Part shown: one piece after another, positions 12,271 through 26,381 of the stretch | Position numbering within the stretch: position 1 is the stretch's first letter | How the letters are laid out: each line of letters begins with the position of its first letter | Source of the DNA: Trichoplax sp. H2 | Taxonomy: Eukaryota | Length of the DNA: 64,000 nt | NCBI GenBank assembly: GCA_003344405.1 | Contig: NOWV01000002.1 | Span: forward strand, 558,001-622,000 | Direction of reading: 5' to 3' | Made by a program: the position numbers and the translations under genes | The notes under the pieces: generated by a model | Seen by the model: the letters and a program-made list of their open reading frames with translations, nothing else | Told to the model about the DNA's origin: nothing | Databases searched by the model: none

Positions 12271-12716
12271 ATCAGGTCCGCAAATCCAGATCGAGCTGCC
12301 GGATCGAATTTGGATTGTGCGCACTGGTTCTAGATACGTTTTCGCGCTAAATACAATACTATACTGAGTGCAGTGGTAGTACTATTACAGTACTGCAATA
12401 TGCGATGATGACTGCGAGAAACTTAACACATACAGACCGCTCTGCTGAGTACTGAGTGTACACTTGAAGCGGTACAGTATAGCTATGTACATTACTGTAT
12501 TGTGTGAATGTGAAGTAAAGAGTTGTAAATTCTCCATAGCAGCAGATCCCATTTCTGACCTGGATTAATAAATTATTTTTATTATAGTATAGTAGTCCGC
12601 CACATTGGATCCTTCACTGTAGTTGATTTTAAGATTACCTTAAAGGTCGATTATTTCTAAAATATACTGATGTTCATGTAGTACTGTAGCCTATGTACTC
12701 ATCGTGAAATTACGAT

Positions 12717-14109
<1,393 letters not shown>

Positions 14110-15099
14110 TTGACTGCAATTAGCCTAACCAGTTTCAGAAAAGCAATTTGTAAATATTACAGAAATTTCGCACCTTATTTATGTAATGATGTATATTCTG
14201 CCATAAATCCTATTTATGTGCTAATATCTGTATATTGGTAATTGTCATGGTCATTTGAAGTCAGCTGTATAAAGATTGAAACCTAACTTTTTGGAAAATG
14301 TGCAATTGATTAGGTTTGGCATTTCTATAGCCTAGATTTATCATCTATTTCCAAAAATATACGTATATGTTGTAAACTCAAGAGTTTCGAGGTTTCATGC
14401 AGGATATGAGACGTACAGTATAGTAGTCATTCTTGAGTATCTCTATACACGTCTATATCATGCGTCTATACACTATTACAGTACTGTATGCAATTATTTT
14501 ATTGGCAACAAGTATATAATACCAAATTATTCTAAAATAATGTAATAACCAGAGCCTGAGATTGATCATTTCAAATTGATTTGTAAATAAAAGGAGAATT
14601 TTTGAAAGTCAAATGGTTGTATCTATAAAACTACGTCAAAAACAAGTACAAATACCAGCATCATTGGTGTACCAACATACAACTGTAGCATGAACAGTAA
14701 ATTGCTAGTATTGGTTAGGGAATGACTATGTGGAAATGTAGGCCAGACAGAAGGGGAAAATGACATGGTTTATGGTTATCATCCAAGTTGATCATCTATT
14801 ATAATTTAATTTCATTTTTCAGGAAAATGAAGTCAAGCAGCTGACGAAAGTACATGCTGTAGTCAGCTCATTTACTGACGTTAGTAACATGACAGCTTCT
14901 TAATCGCGCTTGTCTATGGGATCCATTTCAAGTACCAAAAGCTTTGAATTTTTCCAAGCAGTTACTATCGTCAGTGTGGATTTTTATGTATCCAGTAGGT
15001 CCTATTTTGCCAATGGAGCAGAGTAGAATTCTCCTTGGCATGATCTATGGTCAAATTCAAGCTCATCTTCATGATCGCTTGCTGACAATATCAGGCAAC

Positions 15100-15530
15100 C
15101 CTACAGTACAGTACAGGACTGTGAGTTTCCGGTACAGTACAGTAGTCTAGTGTACAGTACTTTGTACTGTACTATACAGTACGGAAAGACTTGCAGACTG
15201 TACAGTACAGTACTCTACTCTACTGTACTGTACTGTACGTCAGGTCTAACTCTACTGTACTGTACAGTACTACTACTACTAGTAGAGTACAGTACTGTAG
15301 TCTAGTGTACTGTACACTGTACTGTACGGAAAGACTGACAGGCTGTACTGTACTCTACTAGTGTGCACTGTACAGTACTGTACTGCTAGTAGAGGTTCCG
15401 GTACAGCACAGTACTATAAAAAGACGGTAGTACTGTAGTCTAGTGTACTGTACTCAGTGTACTGTACTATACAGTGCGGAAAGACTGACAGACTTACTGT
15501 ACACCGCCCCTATAGCAACTGTACTGCACT
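15100..15530. repeat. Dense CAGTA/TACTG low-complexity block with an approximately 145-150-bp higher-order period
   Basis: CGGAAAGACT recurs near 15182, 15328 and 15477, and GTAGTCTAGTGTAC near 15142, 15297 and 15435, embedded in (TACTG)n/(CAGTA)n tracts. Confidence 0.85.
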
Positions 15531-15641
15531 GAGAGAGAGTTTATTTGCGGTCAATCTTGGTTAGCGAATGACGTGAACGCTCAATGTAGAACCAATATGT
15601 CCTAAAGCAAGACACACCATGGCTCGACTGATTTTTGGGCC

Positions 15642-18600
15642 ATGATGAATATTTCCACCGTTTTACTTCGATTATTTCGACCCTTTATTTACTTATCTAT
15701 TAGTATACGTTCTAGTTTGTCTATACTCGCGAGCTATGCTACTTCTCCATTGGTTATTGCAGCCATAGCCACCCTGATAATCTTGATCATTTCTCACTTT
15801 TATTGGAGTAGTAATAGTAGTAGTGGTGATGATCAGCAGAAGAAGACTAACGGTAATATCGATGATGCCACCGGTCCAAAAGCTACAACCAGGCGTAGCA
15901 TGATAGGAGGGATTCCTGTATTGCTTGAAAAATTCATGAAACCTCAAGCCAAGGAAGATCTTATCCAAATAAAGATTAATAAACGAGTCGATGATGATGG
16001 CGAACGATGTGAATGGATTAACGCTGTCATTCGATGGTTTTATTTACAAGGACCTGATGTCAATCAATTGATTCAAGTATGGCTTGATGCTTTAAATTTA
16101 GAATTAGCCAAATTTAATCAGGTAAGAGGGTAGTGTACAATCTGCTTCATTTTTCTTCCTTTTTCAAATATCTTGTATTCAATGCAAAGACTACATCAAT
16201 ATGAGCAACTTTGCTTCAATCTCGTGTACGACATTAAAATGGCCAGGACTGGTCTACTGTCTCCCAATGATTTTGCAGTCATCAGCTTGATGGGTATACT
16301 TTTTTCATACATGTATCGCACATCGATCTTGAATATTGGCTAGGATTTGATCAATTTTTGCAAGTACAAGCAATAAATTGAATACAACATCATGACACTC
16401 ATTTGCCCATATAGGTGGTGTATATATACTTTTCCTTACACGTAGCCAATATCTTTGTCCATTGTAGAATCATGGATCGGGATTTAAAACGGTAGATTGT
16501 AACATTACTTCTACAATCACACATAATATATCGTCAAGGGTGAGATTGCATTAAATTACTTCAAGACTAATACCAATGCAAAGTAGGGACTACTCGACTA
16601 ATCTCTATCATACAAGACAGCTCTATATCCGATCAATTTCTAGCTTCTACCTCAAATTCCCTGCAATCCGTACTTTAGCCCAACTATCCTATCCAGTTAC
16701 TGCTAACTCAAGTCTTGGATAGCATCAAGTTGTAGTCTTAAAATGCAATCGTCATGATTGCTGAAACAGAATATACTCACTCTTAAGGAATTGACCTTTA
16801 CATTCTTAGCACGCTTTGTTCAAATTTTTAATCTAACTGAATGGATCAAATGAAATCCTTCATGCCTTTCAATGTTTGATTTCATTTTGGGGGATAGACA
16901 TAGCCGCGCTTTTACTACTATCCACTATAGTCGTATTAAAATAAATGTCTGCATGTGTACAATGCCATCTATTACACATATTCAAGTTAAAGCCCAAGTC
17001 TTCTCCTTTATTCTCATCTGCGCTTGTAGTTCTAATAACAATAATGCATAGCCTGCCTATTTTTTGGCTAGTATAGTACTTCAATTAATTCAGTATCGAA
17101 TACAATAGTAGATTCTTATTTTAATTCTATTGATTGATTCTTGTTGCAACCTATTCAGCTCGTGCAACATTAATTAACTAACGAATTTTAAAATTAATCA
17201 ATTATGATAATCTATATGATCTTTAGAGCTAAATGGACAAGTTCATAATTTTTACATATATCACAGTTTCTTTACTATTCATTTTTCAAAGGAGTTCAAC
17301 AGTAATCAGAAAATTGTACTGATCTAAATCAATTTTATCAGTTTTACCGACAGTAGGACTTTTTCTACTGAGATAGTGTAGTACAGTACGTATTGTTGTT
17401 CATGACCAATATAACGAATATAAGAGGAAACAAATCTTAGCCGATGTTCGGTAAATCACCTTCTATATGAAACATGAGCTAAGAATCGATTTATGTAGAA
17501 AGCATTACATCTATCGATTAATAAAGTGCATAAAATTGATACTCCAACTGCTCGGACTTTTAAATTTGGTAAACTGTACAGCAGTACAATGTAAATACCG
17601 ATATGCAGGTAAGATGGAGTCAATTATTTGCTGTTAATAGAAAGATGTTAGAATGACGATTAAGTCTATTTCATCGCAAAAATGATTTACTTTCATCATT
17701 TTTATATTATAATTTTAAAATGGAAGACAATGATTGAAAAATTTCATCCTTCAATTTATTCATCATCCGGGGGACTACTACTAAAACTCGCTGTTACTGT
17801 TATTAGACTTTGGAATATTTTTGACAAATATTTTCTGCAATTAATTAATTGAATACATTGTGAAAAAGAAGCATTCTAGATAATTGAATGAATTGTAGCA
17901 ATGCAAGACAGTTAGATGTTGTTATTAATAATAACAAATGTAGCTATACATGAGCACTGTACGAACTGTAAAAATTATTATGCGCGTAAATGCAAATCAT
18001 TTTAATTTACCAAAGTTAGTATATGGATTTTTTAGCTTTTTGAAAATTTATACAGCTTTTTGCTGAAAACTGAGTTGTGAATATCTTCAAAAATTCATCA
18101 TCATAGCTACTAATGTCCACCGATTTTAAAAAATTTTTGCCAATCAACATTAATATAGACTTTCTTTCACTAATCCATAGTTGATCGAGTACGTTGTCTC
18201 GTTCTTCTTTCATAAATAACTCGTTGTACTAGTACAGTGGATACAAATATACTATACACATATATCTATCGCATAAATAATAAAATTGTTTATTGCTGAC
18301 CAACATATACATCTAATTGTTATATTTAGATTGAATAAAAACCAATTATAAGCCTAGATCTATAAAATAAAGTATAAATACGATTGTATAAAATTGTCAG
18401 AAATGTATCAAATCACTATTCAGCCAAATAATGGCTATCACACTAGTATACGAGTACGTTGTACATTGGCACCTTGACTTCTTATAGCCTAGAATTTCTT
18501 GTCTACGATTTGTCTTTATTTACCAACTCAATAATTACAGGTGTATCCTATGTTTGTTATAACTAACCAGTATCGCACGAGTTTCGATTACCAAAATCAT

Positions 18601-21600
18601 TTGTTTCTAAATTATTCTTAACTCATCGGTGTGTATTAATTTCTAGCAATTTACCACTACGATACATTAATAAGGTTAGGGCATTTCTTCATGTACTTTA
18701 TCATGAGTGCTCGATCATGATTTTAGTAATCACCTATACAAAAACATAAATAAATTAACGATTGTGTTACAGAATATTTAAATTAGGCGTCTTGTCATCG
18801 CTGCTTAATTGTTGTTGCAGCGACAACATTTATGTAAAGCTGACGAAGTATTGCTTAGACGGTAGAAATAAGTCTTATCTTAGTACTTCTCATCAGTGTG
18901 GAATACGAGTAAATTGCGAAATCTTACTCTTTGCTAACACTGAATATTTTTTTAATCTATAATGAGTAATGAGTAAAAATAGATCAGTACAATTTATATT
19001 CTTGATCCTACAATAAGGGAAAAGATACGCATAACGGTAAATAGTGTAAAAATAGATCAATGTCCTACAATGATTTATTCATCTCTATGGATATTACATG
19101 TTATTCAAAAAGTTATTTACTCTTATTCTATTATCACATTGCAATAAGTAAAATAGATTAATGTGATGCGCTATATATTTCTTATATCAAGCATGTATTG
19201 TAATACGTAAATAATGCATGTCTACATACGTATGTGCATATCGTATTTCTATTTCGTTATTGCTTTTACTAGTCTAGCCCATGATAAAATATTAAGGACT
19301 GATTTATTTTTAATTGTCATGTTTGCACAATAACGTTATTGAGTATCCAATAAGGGCACTATGTACGATTATTACTTTCTTAATTAATTTTTATTCTGCT
19401 ATTGTATTATTTGTATCCAAAGTGTAAGAGTTATCATTTAATGAAACTATGACGAGAAGTTCATATCCTATAACAACTTTAATTAATAATTTAGGTCTCA
19501 ATAAAGTCACTTTTAGTAAGAATATTAGAACCTTTAATAGCTTACAGTTATGTAGTTACCCATTTTAGACAAAGTTAGGTACAGGGTAGGATAAATGGTA
19601 TTGGCGACATATAACCAGTAACTTTATAGTTTGCAAACTTGAATTCACCAACTTTTTTCAGGCCTTTAGACTTGACTTTTTTGTGTATTATACGCATGTC
19701 AAGTTTTATGATGCGGTATAATATCATTCATATATGGTATCTAAAATCTGCTGATCAATATTATTGTGTTTAAATGGATATCTTGACATGATGAGAAAAG
19801 ATAGATAACTGATGAGTTATTTCATGAACGATTGCTGGAGATATCATTCTATTTTTATTAGAATCAGACTTTTTGCGTTGTAATTAAATATCTGATAGAT
19901 GAATTATAAATATTATAGAGTCTTAATAGCAAGTTGCCCTAAGCAGTATTTAAACCATCGCATATCCTATGCAACAATCCATGAATTTAATTAATCAACT
20001 TTAATTGAAAAAGTAATTCATGCTAATTTGCAATTTTTTTCTCTCGTCTTGATTTCAGTCTAGTGATATCGAATTAAAAATCGATCGTTTGCATCAAAAT
20101 ACCTTGCCTCCTACAATCGAAAGTATTAAAAGTATATCAGGAGCACGAGATGCTATGGTGAGTCTAATTTGCTATTACTTTAAGTTAATTATGTTTGTAG
20201 GTCACTTTGGGCTATTGTAACTTTAATGTTTAATTTCGAAGTCGGAATTAACCTGTACATCTCAAAAATTTTTCTTTCAGGAATTAGCAATACAAATTAA
20301 AACAGATGAATTAGGTTTCATTATTAACGTTAGCAGTAAAGATTATGATAATGTCCTATATAACGTTCTTGTAAAAGCGATAATGACTAAGGTAAATTTA
20401 CTTCACTTGACTTTATTATTATTAAAATTACATTAACGTGGACAAAATATTTTTAGACAGATTTTGTTCACATCCACCTAAGATACCAGACGTTAATATC
20501 TATGTTGCTTCTGTTACATATTATATAAGTAACACTTGTTATTATTACTTTATGAAAGGCTATTTTACAATTAATTGTTATCGATGGCTGTCTAAATGTA
20601 CGGATGGTAATGGCTGACGAATTCGAAGCAAAAATTGAAGTCCGAGCAAAAGATCTACCTGTATGATATATATTAGTGTTATAAAGTAGTGATGTTATAT
20701 AACAGACAAGTATACAATTTGCCTAAAATTAATTTACAACTGAATCTAATCTATAGGAAGATACAATTAGTGAACATTTACTAGATTCCATCCGTTGTGC
20801 TGTAAAAGATGTTGTACTAAATGCTGTACCAACAGTAATTCTAAAAAATCCACTTGTAACAAGTCCTCCAATCAATTCACAATTTAAGGTATATTCAATA
20901 AATTTTTAAAATCAAAGAAAAATCTGATAATGGTCATTTCTAACTTCAATAGTTTGATCAACTGAAAAGTCGAAGAGAATCACTACGGACGGTACCAGTA
21001 GATGGGCGCATAATTATAACAGGTTAGTTTCATCGTTGTTTTGTATTCTTTCAAATGCCTTAAACTTTACTCTATTCATTTCATATTTTTTTTCCGTAGT
21101 TATTTCTGCGTGTGGGCTAATTGCTAAACATAATCACGGTAATGCTTATAAATGGTTTCTATCAGAATTGCCACTAATAGTAGATCATACTGTCTTATAA
21201 TCGCTTCTGATTGTAATCACTTAGATATAACAAAAACTAAATATTGTCATCAAAATTATTTTCAGGTCATAGCTGCCCTTATTGCGTTATTAAAATGGAT
21301 TCTACTGTTTATAGAACTAAAATTGTGCGATTAACAGCGGATCCCGTATTTAATGAGCATTTTGTCTTGTATGTATTGCCATTAGTTTAATTCTTATCCT
21401 AGACGATAGCATCAGTGAATATGTCATGATCTATTTGATTTATATTTTATAGCGAGACAAATAGCAAGAGTGGAGATATTACTTTTGATATGTATAGCAG
21501 TGATACGCTGGCAAAAGGTAGAACAAAAGCTTTTCCATTCAAACACCAAGTTATCTACTTTGCATTGATGTGCCAACATTACACCATTTAGATACTTTTC

Positions 21601-23568
21601 TTGGGCGCACATCTGTATCCTTATTAGCAATTCAAGCTTCAGAAGGTCAAATGCATGCAAAACTTCCATTATCTGGTTTAAAACCGAATGATAATATTAC
21701 TGGTTATTTAAATGTTGAGGTTTGTTGATAATATAATTATTTTAACAAAACATATGCTTAATATATCATACTGAATAAGAGTACTCGAAATTGGTACTAT
21801 CTCAACTTATGTTACGATGTTAACATCAATTATAATTATTATTCTGATATTAAATAATTCTTATGTTACTAGTATTCTTTTAAGCCTGTTGTTGCTGCTA
21901 ATGGTTCTGCTATTCCGACGAATAAGTTAGAAATACCTCCCAGAAGTCGAAGTTAGTTACGAAATAGTGGCGATGTAATTCGTTTATGTTGGTTTATTAT
22001 GTCGATTGTAATGATTGTAATTCTAAATGCAGGAAATTCGCAGTCAGAAGTTTCGATTTGTTCATCTTATGGGGGTATCCAGTTCGATATTACTGATACG
22101 TCCACAAAGACTTTAGCCAAGTCTGAAATTGATAACGTTAGTGTCAAAAGTCAAGCTGATACCGATAAAAACAGCGTCGATGATCAAGAAAAGGATAAAG
22201 ATAGACATAATGTAGATTATTCTCAGGGAATTGGTACGTAACATTATCCTATTTAAAGTTATAGATGTACGTGATTAAGATTAATTTTAATAATTTGTTT
22301 CTATCGATGAGTAGGTTTTACCATTCCTAAGGATCGTAGTACTGGTAATTTTTTGAAACGTGCATTTTCAACTCGTAAGAAAAAAGTACGCGATTCGACT
22401 GTAAATAGTAACTCTAATATGTTGTCTAAGCCGAATGAAGTTGTAGTCCCTGACATGGGTCGACCCATGAGCCATACATCCCTAGATAAACTTAATAAAG
22501 GTTCAATAGCTTCTTCTGCAAATAGCCATGATCAAGTTAGCGTTCTCTCTAACACAAGTATGAGCTGTTGATGAATCATTTAATTGACATTTGTTGATTG
22601 TAGATATTATTGTGTTATGAAATATTATTATTGAATGCTCGTTTAACGCTTGTATGATACCATAGGTTCGATTAACAAAGCTATGTCTAAACTTAGTTAT
22701 TCACCAAACGGGTATTCATCACTTGTGATGGAAACAACAGAAAATGACAGACCAAGGTAAATTTAAATATATTCTTATTATGTAATTTGTCTCATAATGT
22801 CTGAGATACAGCTGATGTTGTTGCTGTTTTTTTAACTTACTAGATACTACTTAATTCCTTTAAATATGGAACGAGATAAATCTTACAATATCTCCGGCAT
22901 TAAGCTCCACGTCTACAATGATCACGTTTTTACAGCTGTTCACTTTGCAACGTACGAACTTCGTATATAAGCCTATATTTCCACTTAGGTTATATAATAT
23001 AGAACTAACTAAGGAACTAATGAAGAATTTTTACCATTAATTATAATTAGACCCGTTGAATGCAGTGTCTGCAATAGACAACTATCAAGGCGAATTGGAA
23101 AACAAGGTTATCAATGCAGAGGTATATTAGTCTGTAATAATTACTTCAAATATCTTCAATATATAGATCATCGTGTAACATTGATATTTTAGGCTTAAAA
23201 TTTGGTAGCTTATGTTGGATTTGAAATTTAATATGTAAGGTGATAATTTTCTGTTTTTATCTTTTATTGCTTTACTTAAAGATTGCAATTTAATTTGCCA
23301 TAAGCACTGTCACTATCGGGTTACAAATTTGTGCCCGTCCAGTACCGTATCACAGATGGATATGTAAGTTCTAAAATTTTATGAGCGTAATATTTCAATA
23401 AAATTTACAACTGACGAGACATAATCTTATCGTAAATTGTAGTCTGCACTTGCATGATAGGTATTCATGTACGTAAGAAGAAAAACTGAATGTATAGTAA
23501 TATTTTTATACCGATATTGTTTTAGGGTTATCCTCCAAAAAGGGAACGATCATAATTTAAGTTTATAA
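15642..23568 (+). CDS. TMEM24/C2CD2-like ER-plasma membrane lipid transfer protein (N-terminal TM, SMP-like, C2, C-terminal C1 domain); multi-exon, long first intron of about 3.5-3.9 kb
   Basis: Hydrophobic N-terminus; ERCEWINAVIRWFY (SMP entry motif); C2-like exons (VISACGL, PYCVIKMD...RTKIVRLTADPVFNEHF, DTFLGRTSVSL, TGYLNVE); C1 pattern HVFTAVHFATPVECSVC...GKQGYQCRDCNLICHKHCHYRVTNLC. The last exon is less certain. Confidence 0.8.
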
Positions 23569-25610
23569 TAGATTCCTGACAATTTTATTTCGTTCAAAGA
23601 AGACTAGTTGTATTACAGTAACGAGGCTTAATGGTCACTGTATTGATTGGTTTAAGTAAAAACGGTTTAATACAGATATGCGACAACTGTAGCCAGTTGG
23701 TGTCTGTCTACATTTCATTTAAGTATTCATGTTTATAGGTACACTAAAGTTTTAGATGAATCCAGCACTATTCATATAGCATGTGTAAGATTATATCTTG
23801 TATATGTTTTAGTTAGATACTGCGATCTTTTTATGGCGATATAATTTGACCTGATGCAGAATTTTTTTGCTATTATTGCAAGGCTATGTTATGAGATTTA
23901 TCAATAGACTTTCGCGATGGAGAAAGTAACCATTTACTTCGACGAGTAGCGCAATAATTAAATTCTTCGTTTCTTATATGAAATATTAATTATATGTATG
24001 TATGTGCTTTGATTTAAGTTATCTTATGGATGCGAACTTGTTGTTTATTATTATTTTTAGGTACAACATTTAGATTTCGAATTAATTATATATACAATTG
24101 AGTACAGATATTCTTTGCATGAAGTCTTTGCTATCGGTAAATGTTAGTGCTTCGAGCTTGTTGGACATGAACATTACTGGATTGATTATTTCGAGTTTTG
24201 GATTCGATTTTTATACGTGTTCCGTACAAGGACGGACTGCATATCCAGAATGGTTACTTAAAAGTCTGACGGAATATGCATAAAATAAAAGACCTTGAAA
24301 TGAAATCTCATAGGCTAACTTGTCTGCTATGCTAGTAAATTATACTGCGAGATAATGTTGGCAAATCTCTTTCTAAAATTTAGAAAGTCCATTGGATTAG
24401 TTGGTAGTTAATGTGCCATACCGTAGTAGGTGAAAATGTAACAATTAAGAACCTCGTTATCTTCATATGCTACATGTGAATGCGATATACGCATATCCAA
24501 AAAATACAAAAACTAGTCATGGTATTATGCCAAGTAATACACTTATGACTGAACAAGGGTTATTGATTGGATTGGATATTAAGCTCGCTAGGTACAGTAC
24601 AAGGAAGATATCGAATGATTAAATGAAATTATTATTGAAGAGTCTACAATGGGCATGTTGATTCTAACATTTTAGACTTATAAAGTATACTCAGAAATCC
24701 ATAATCATTATACCGTCTTGCGGTATCTAGGCGAAACTTAGAGTTTTTCTTTTATCTCTATCAATCTTACCCCATTCGACTAAGAAATACTTAATACAGT
24801 ACAATAAATTTATAATATCTCGAGATTATTCAATTTCTACATCCGAGATATTACGAGTATGTTTATATATCGATATAAGCAGTTACGCTACCTTACTTTG
24901 TTTGCGCAATAAACATTATAAGCAAAGTATTGAAGCATTAACCAACACGATTTACCATTGCTGTGTACAGCATTGAACCTTCATTATTAGTATACAGCTT
25001 TCCTTGATATTCAAAATGAAGAGAAAGCAAATACGTATTTAACGAATTCATTTTATTTATTAAGTTTTCATTTTTATTCATTTTTTCAGCAAAACTATGA
25101 ATTTTACAACGCATAAAAGCCATATTTCTTATTTTTCTCATTGGTACTCCATTACAGCAAACCTGTAGATAATTTTAACATGAATCATAGGATGATATAC
25201 AGTGATCGATAAAGTCCTTACAACTTGTCATCCATTCTAGGTTAAAAAGCCGTACATTGTCAAGATAGGCTAGACTACAGCTCTATTCTACTTTGGAAGA
25301 ATGATGCAATGTCAAATTACAAACAGAGGAAATCTCTTCGAATACATTACAGTCCGTTTACGGTTAGAAAAAATTCATAGTGCTTAATATTGTTGCGCAG
25401 TGTGAAAACGGTCGTTGTTAAGAAAATTGAATGAGATTGAGTTAAAGCTTGCTTTGAAAATTAATTAGCCTTGCATATTGATGGCGTCTTACTATCTACC
25501 GTGTGATATCCTTGCAAACCAGTCTATACTCAAGAAGAATAACCATCCGCGATATTGAGACATCAAATAGAACATGAGTGTTCACTATTCTTCATTATAT
25601 TAATAGAGTA

Positions 25611-25925
25611 TTACTTTTCAAATTCGAATTTTGGAAATTCGGTTAAATTTCCGCCACCGAAACGATTTTGAATTCTCACAAGTTCATCAGCCATTCGCCT
25701 TTCCTCCTCGGATGTTACATCGACGAATCCGCCACCAGCTGTTTTCTTCTTCTGATTGTATTCCTTTAATTTCTCAATAAACAGCTGCTTAATAGGATCG
25801 ATTTTTTGAGCATTTTTATTAGAGCCTAAGACCATTCCACTGGAGGCGATATAACGTCCAACCAGTAATCTACCACTTGAAAGAGTGCTGATTTGACTCT
25901 GGATTTTAACCAACCGCAACGCCAT
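25611..25925 (-). CDS. ATP5PF: Mitochondrial ATP synthase peripheral stalk subunit F6 (coupling factor 6), single coding exon
   Basis: Basic transit peptide, DPIKQLFIEKLKEY and a C-terminal FGGGNLTEFPKFEF, typical of F6. Confidence 0.93.
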   Translation of the reverse strand: MALRLVKIQSQISTLSSGRLLVGRYIASSGMVLGSNKNAQKIDPIKQLFIEKLKEYNQKKKTAGGGFVDVTSEEERRMADELVRIQNRFGGGNLTEFPKFEFEK

Positions 25926-26381
25926 GACAGTTTTTACTGCAAACCAGAAAAGGGCGACACGAGCCTTAGCCTCTTCGGAGCCTTATTTACGCATGCGCTA
26001 ACGGATACACTACGAAGACGGTACGATACCGCAGAGCCGCTTCTATTTTCCACCTTGCTCAAAATAGCAATAAGGAATTCACTCGTTGCTTAGTGTGGTC
26101 CTAGACTCTTTTTTTTAACCTGTACCGGTACGATGGGATAACTGCGCATGACTTCTGGGTATCTACAGTCTACAGTACTGTATAGTACAGTGTAGTACAG
26201 TAGAAATCCGCGGTACAGACTTGCGCTGGACGGATGGATGGTACAGTACAGTACTGCATAAGTTGCCAGTACTGCACATTGACTATACAAAACACTATAA
26301 AGGCAAGCACGGTTTGCAAGCAATCGCCTGATTGATTTACTAAACTTTGCTTGCCAAGTGACAAACTGCCATGACTGTAAT

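Noticed and set aside
15642..23568. Assignment as PDZD8 or protein kinase C
   Set aside because: No PDZ or kinase domain was found. The TM-SMP-C2-C1 order and the KLHVYNDH segment fit TMEM24/C2CD2-like proteins better.
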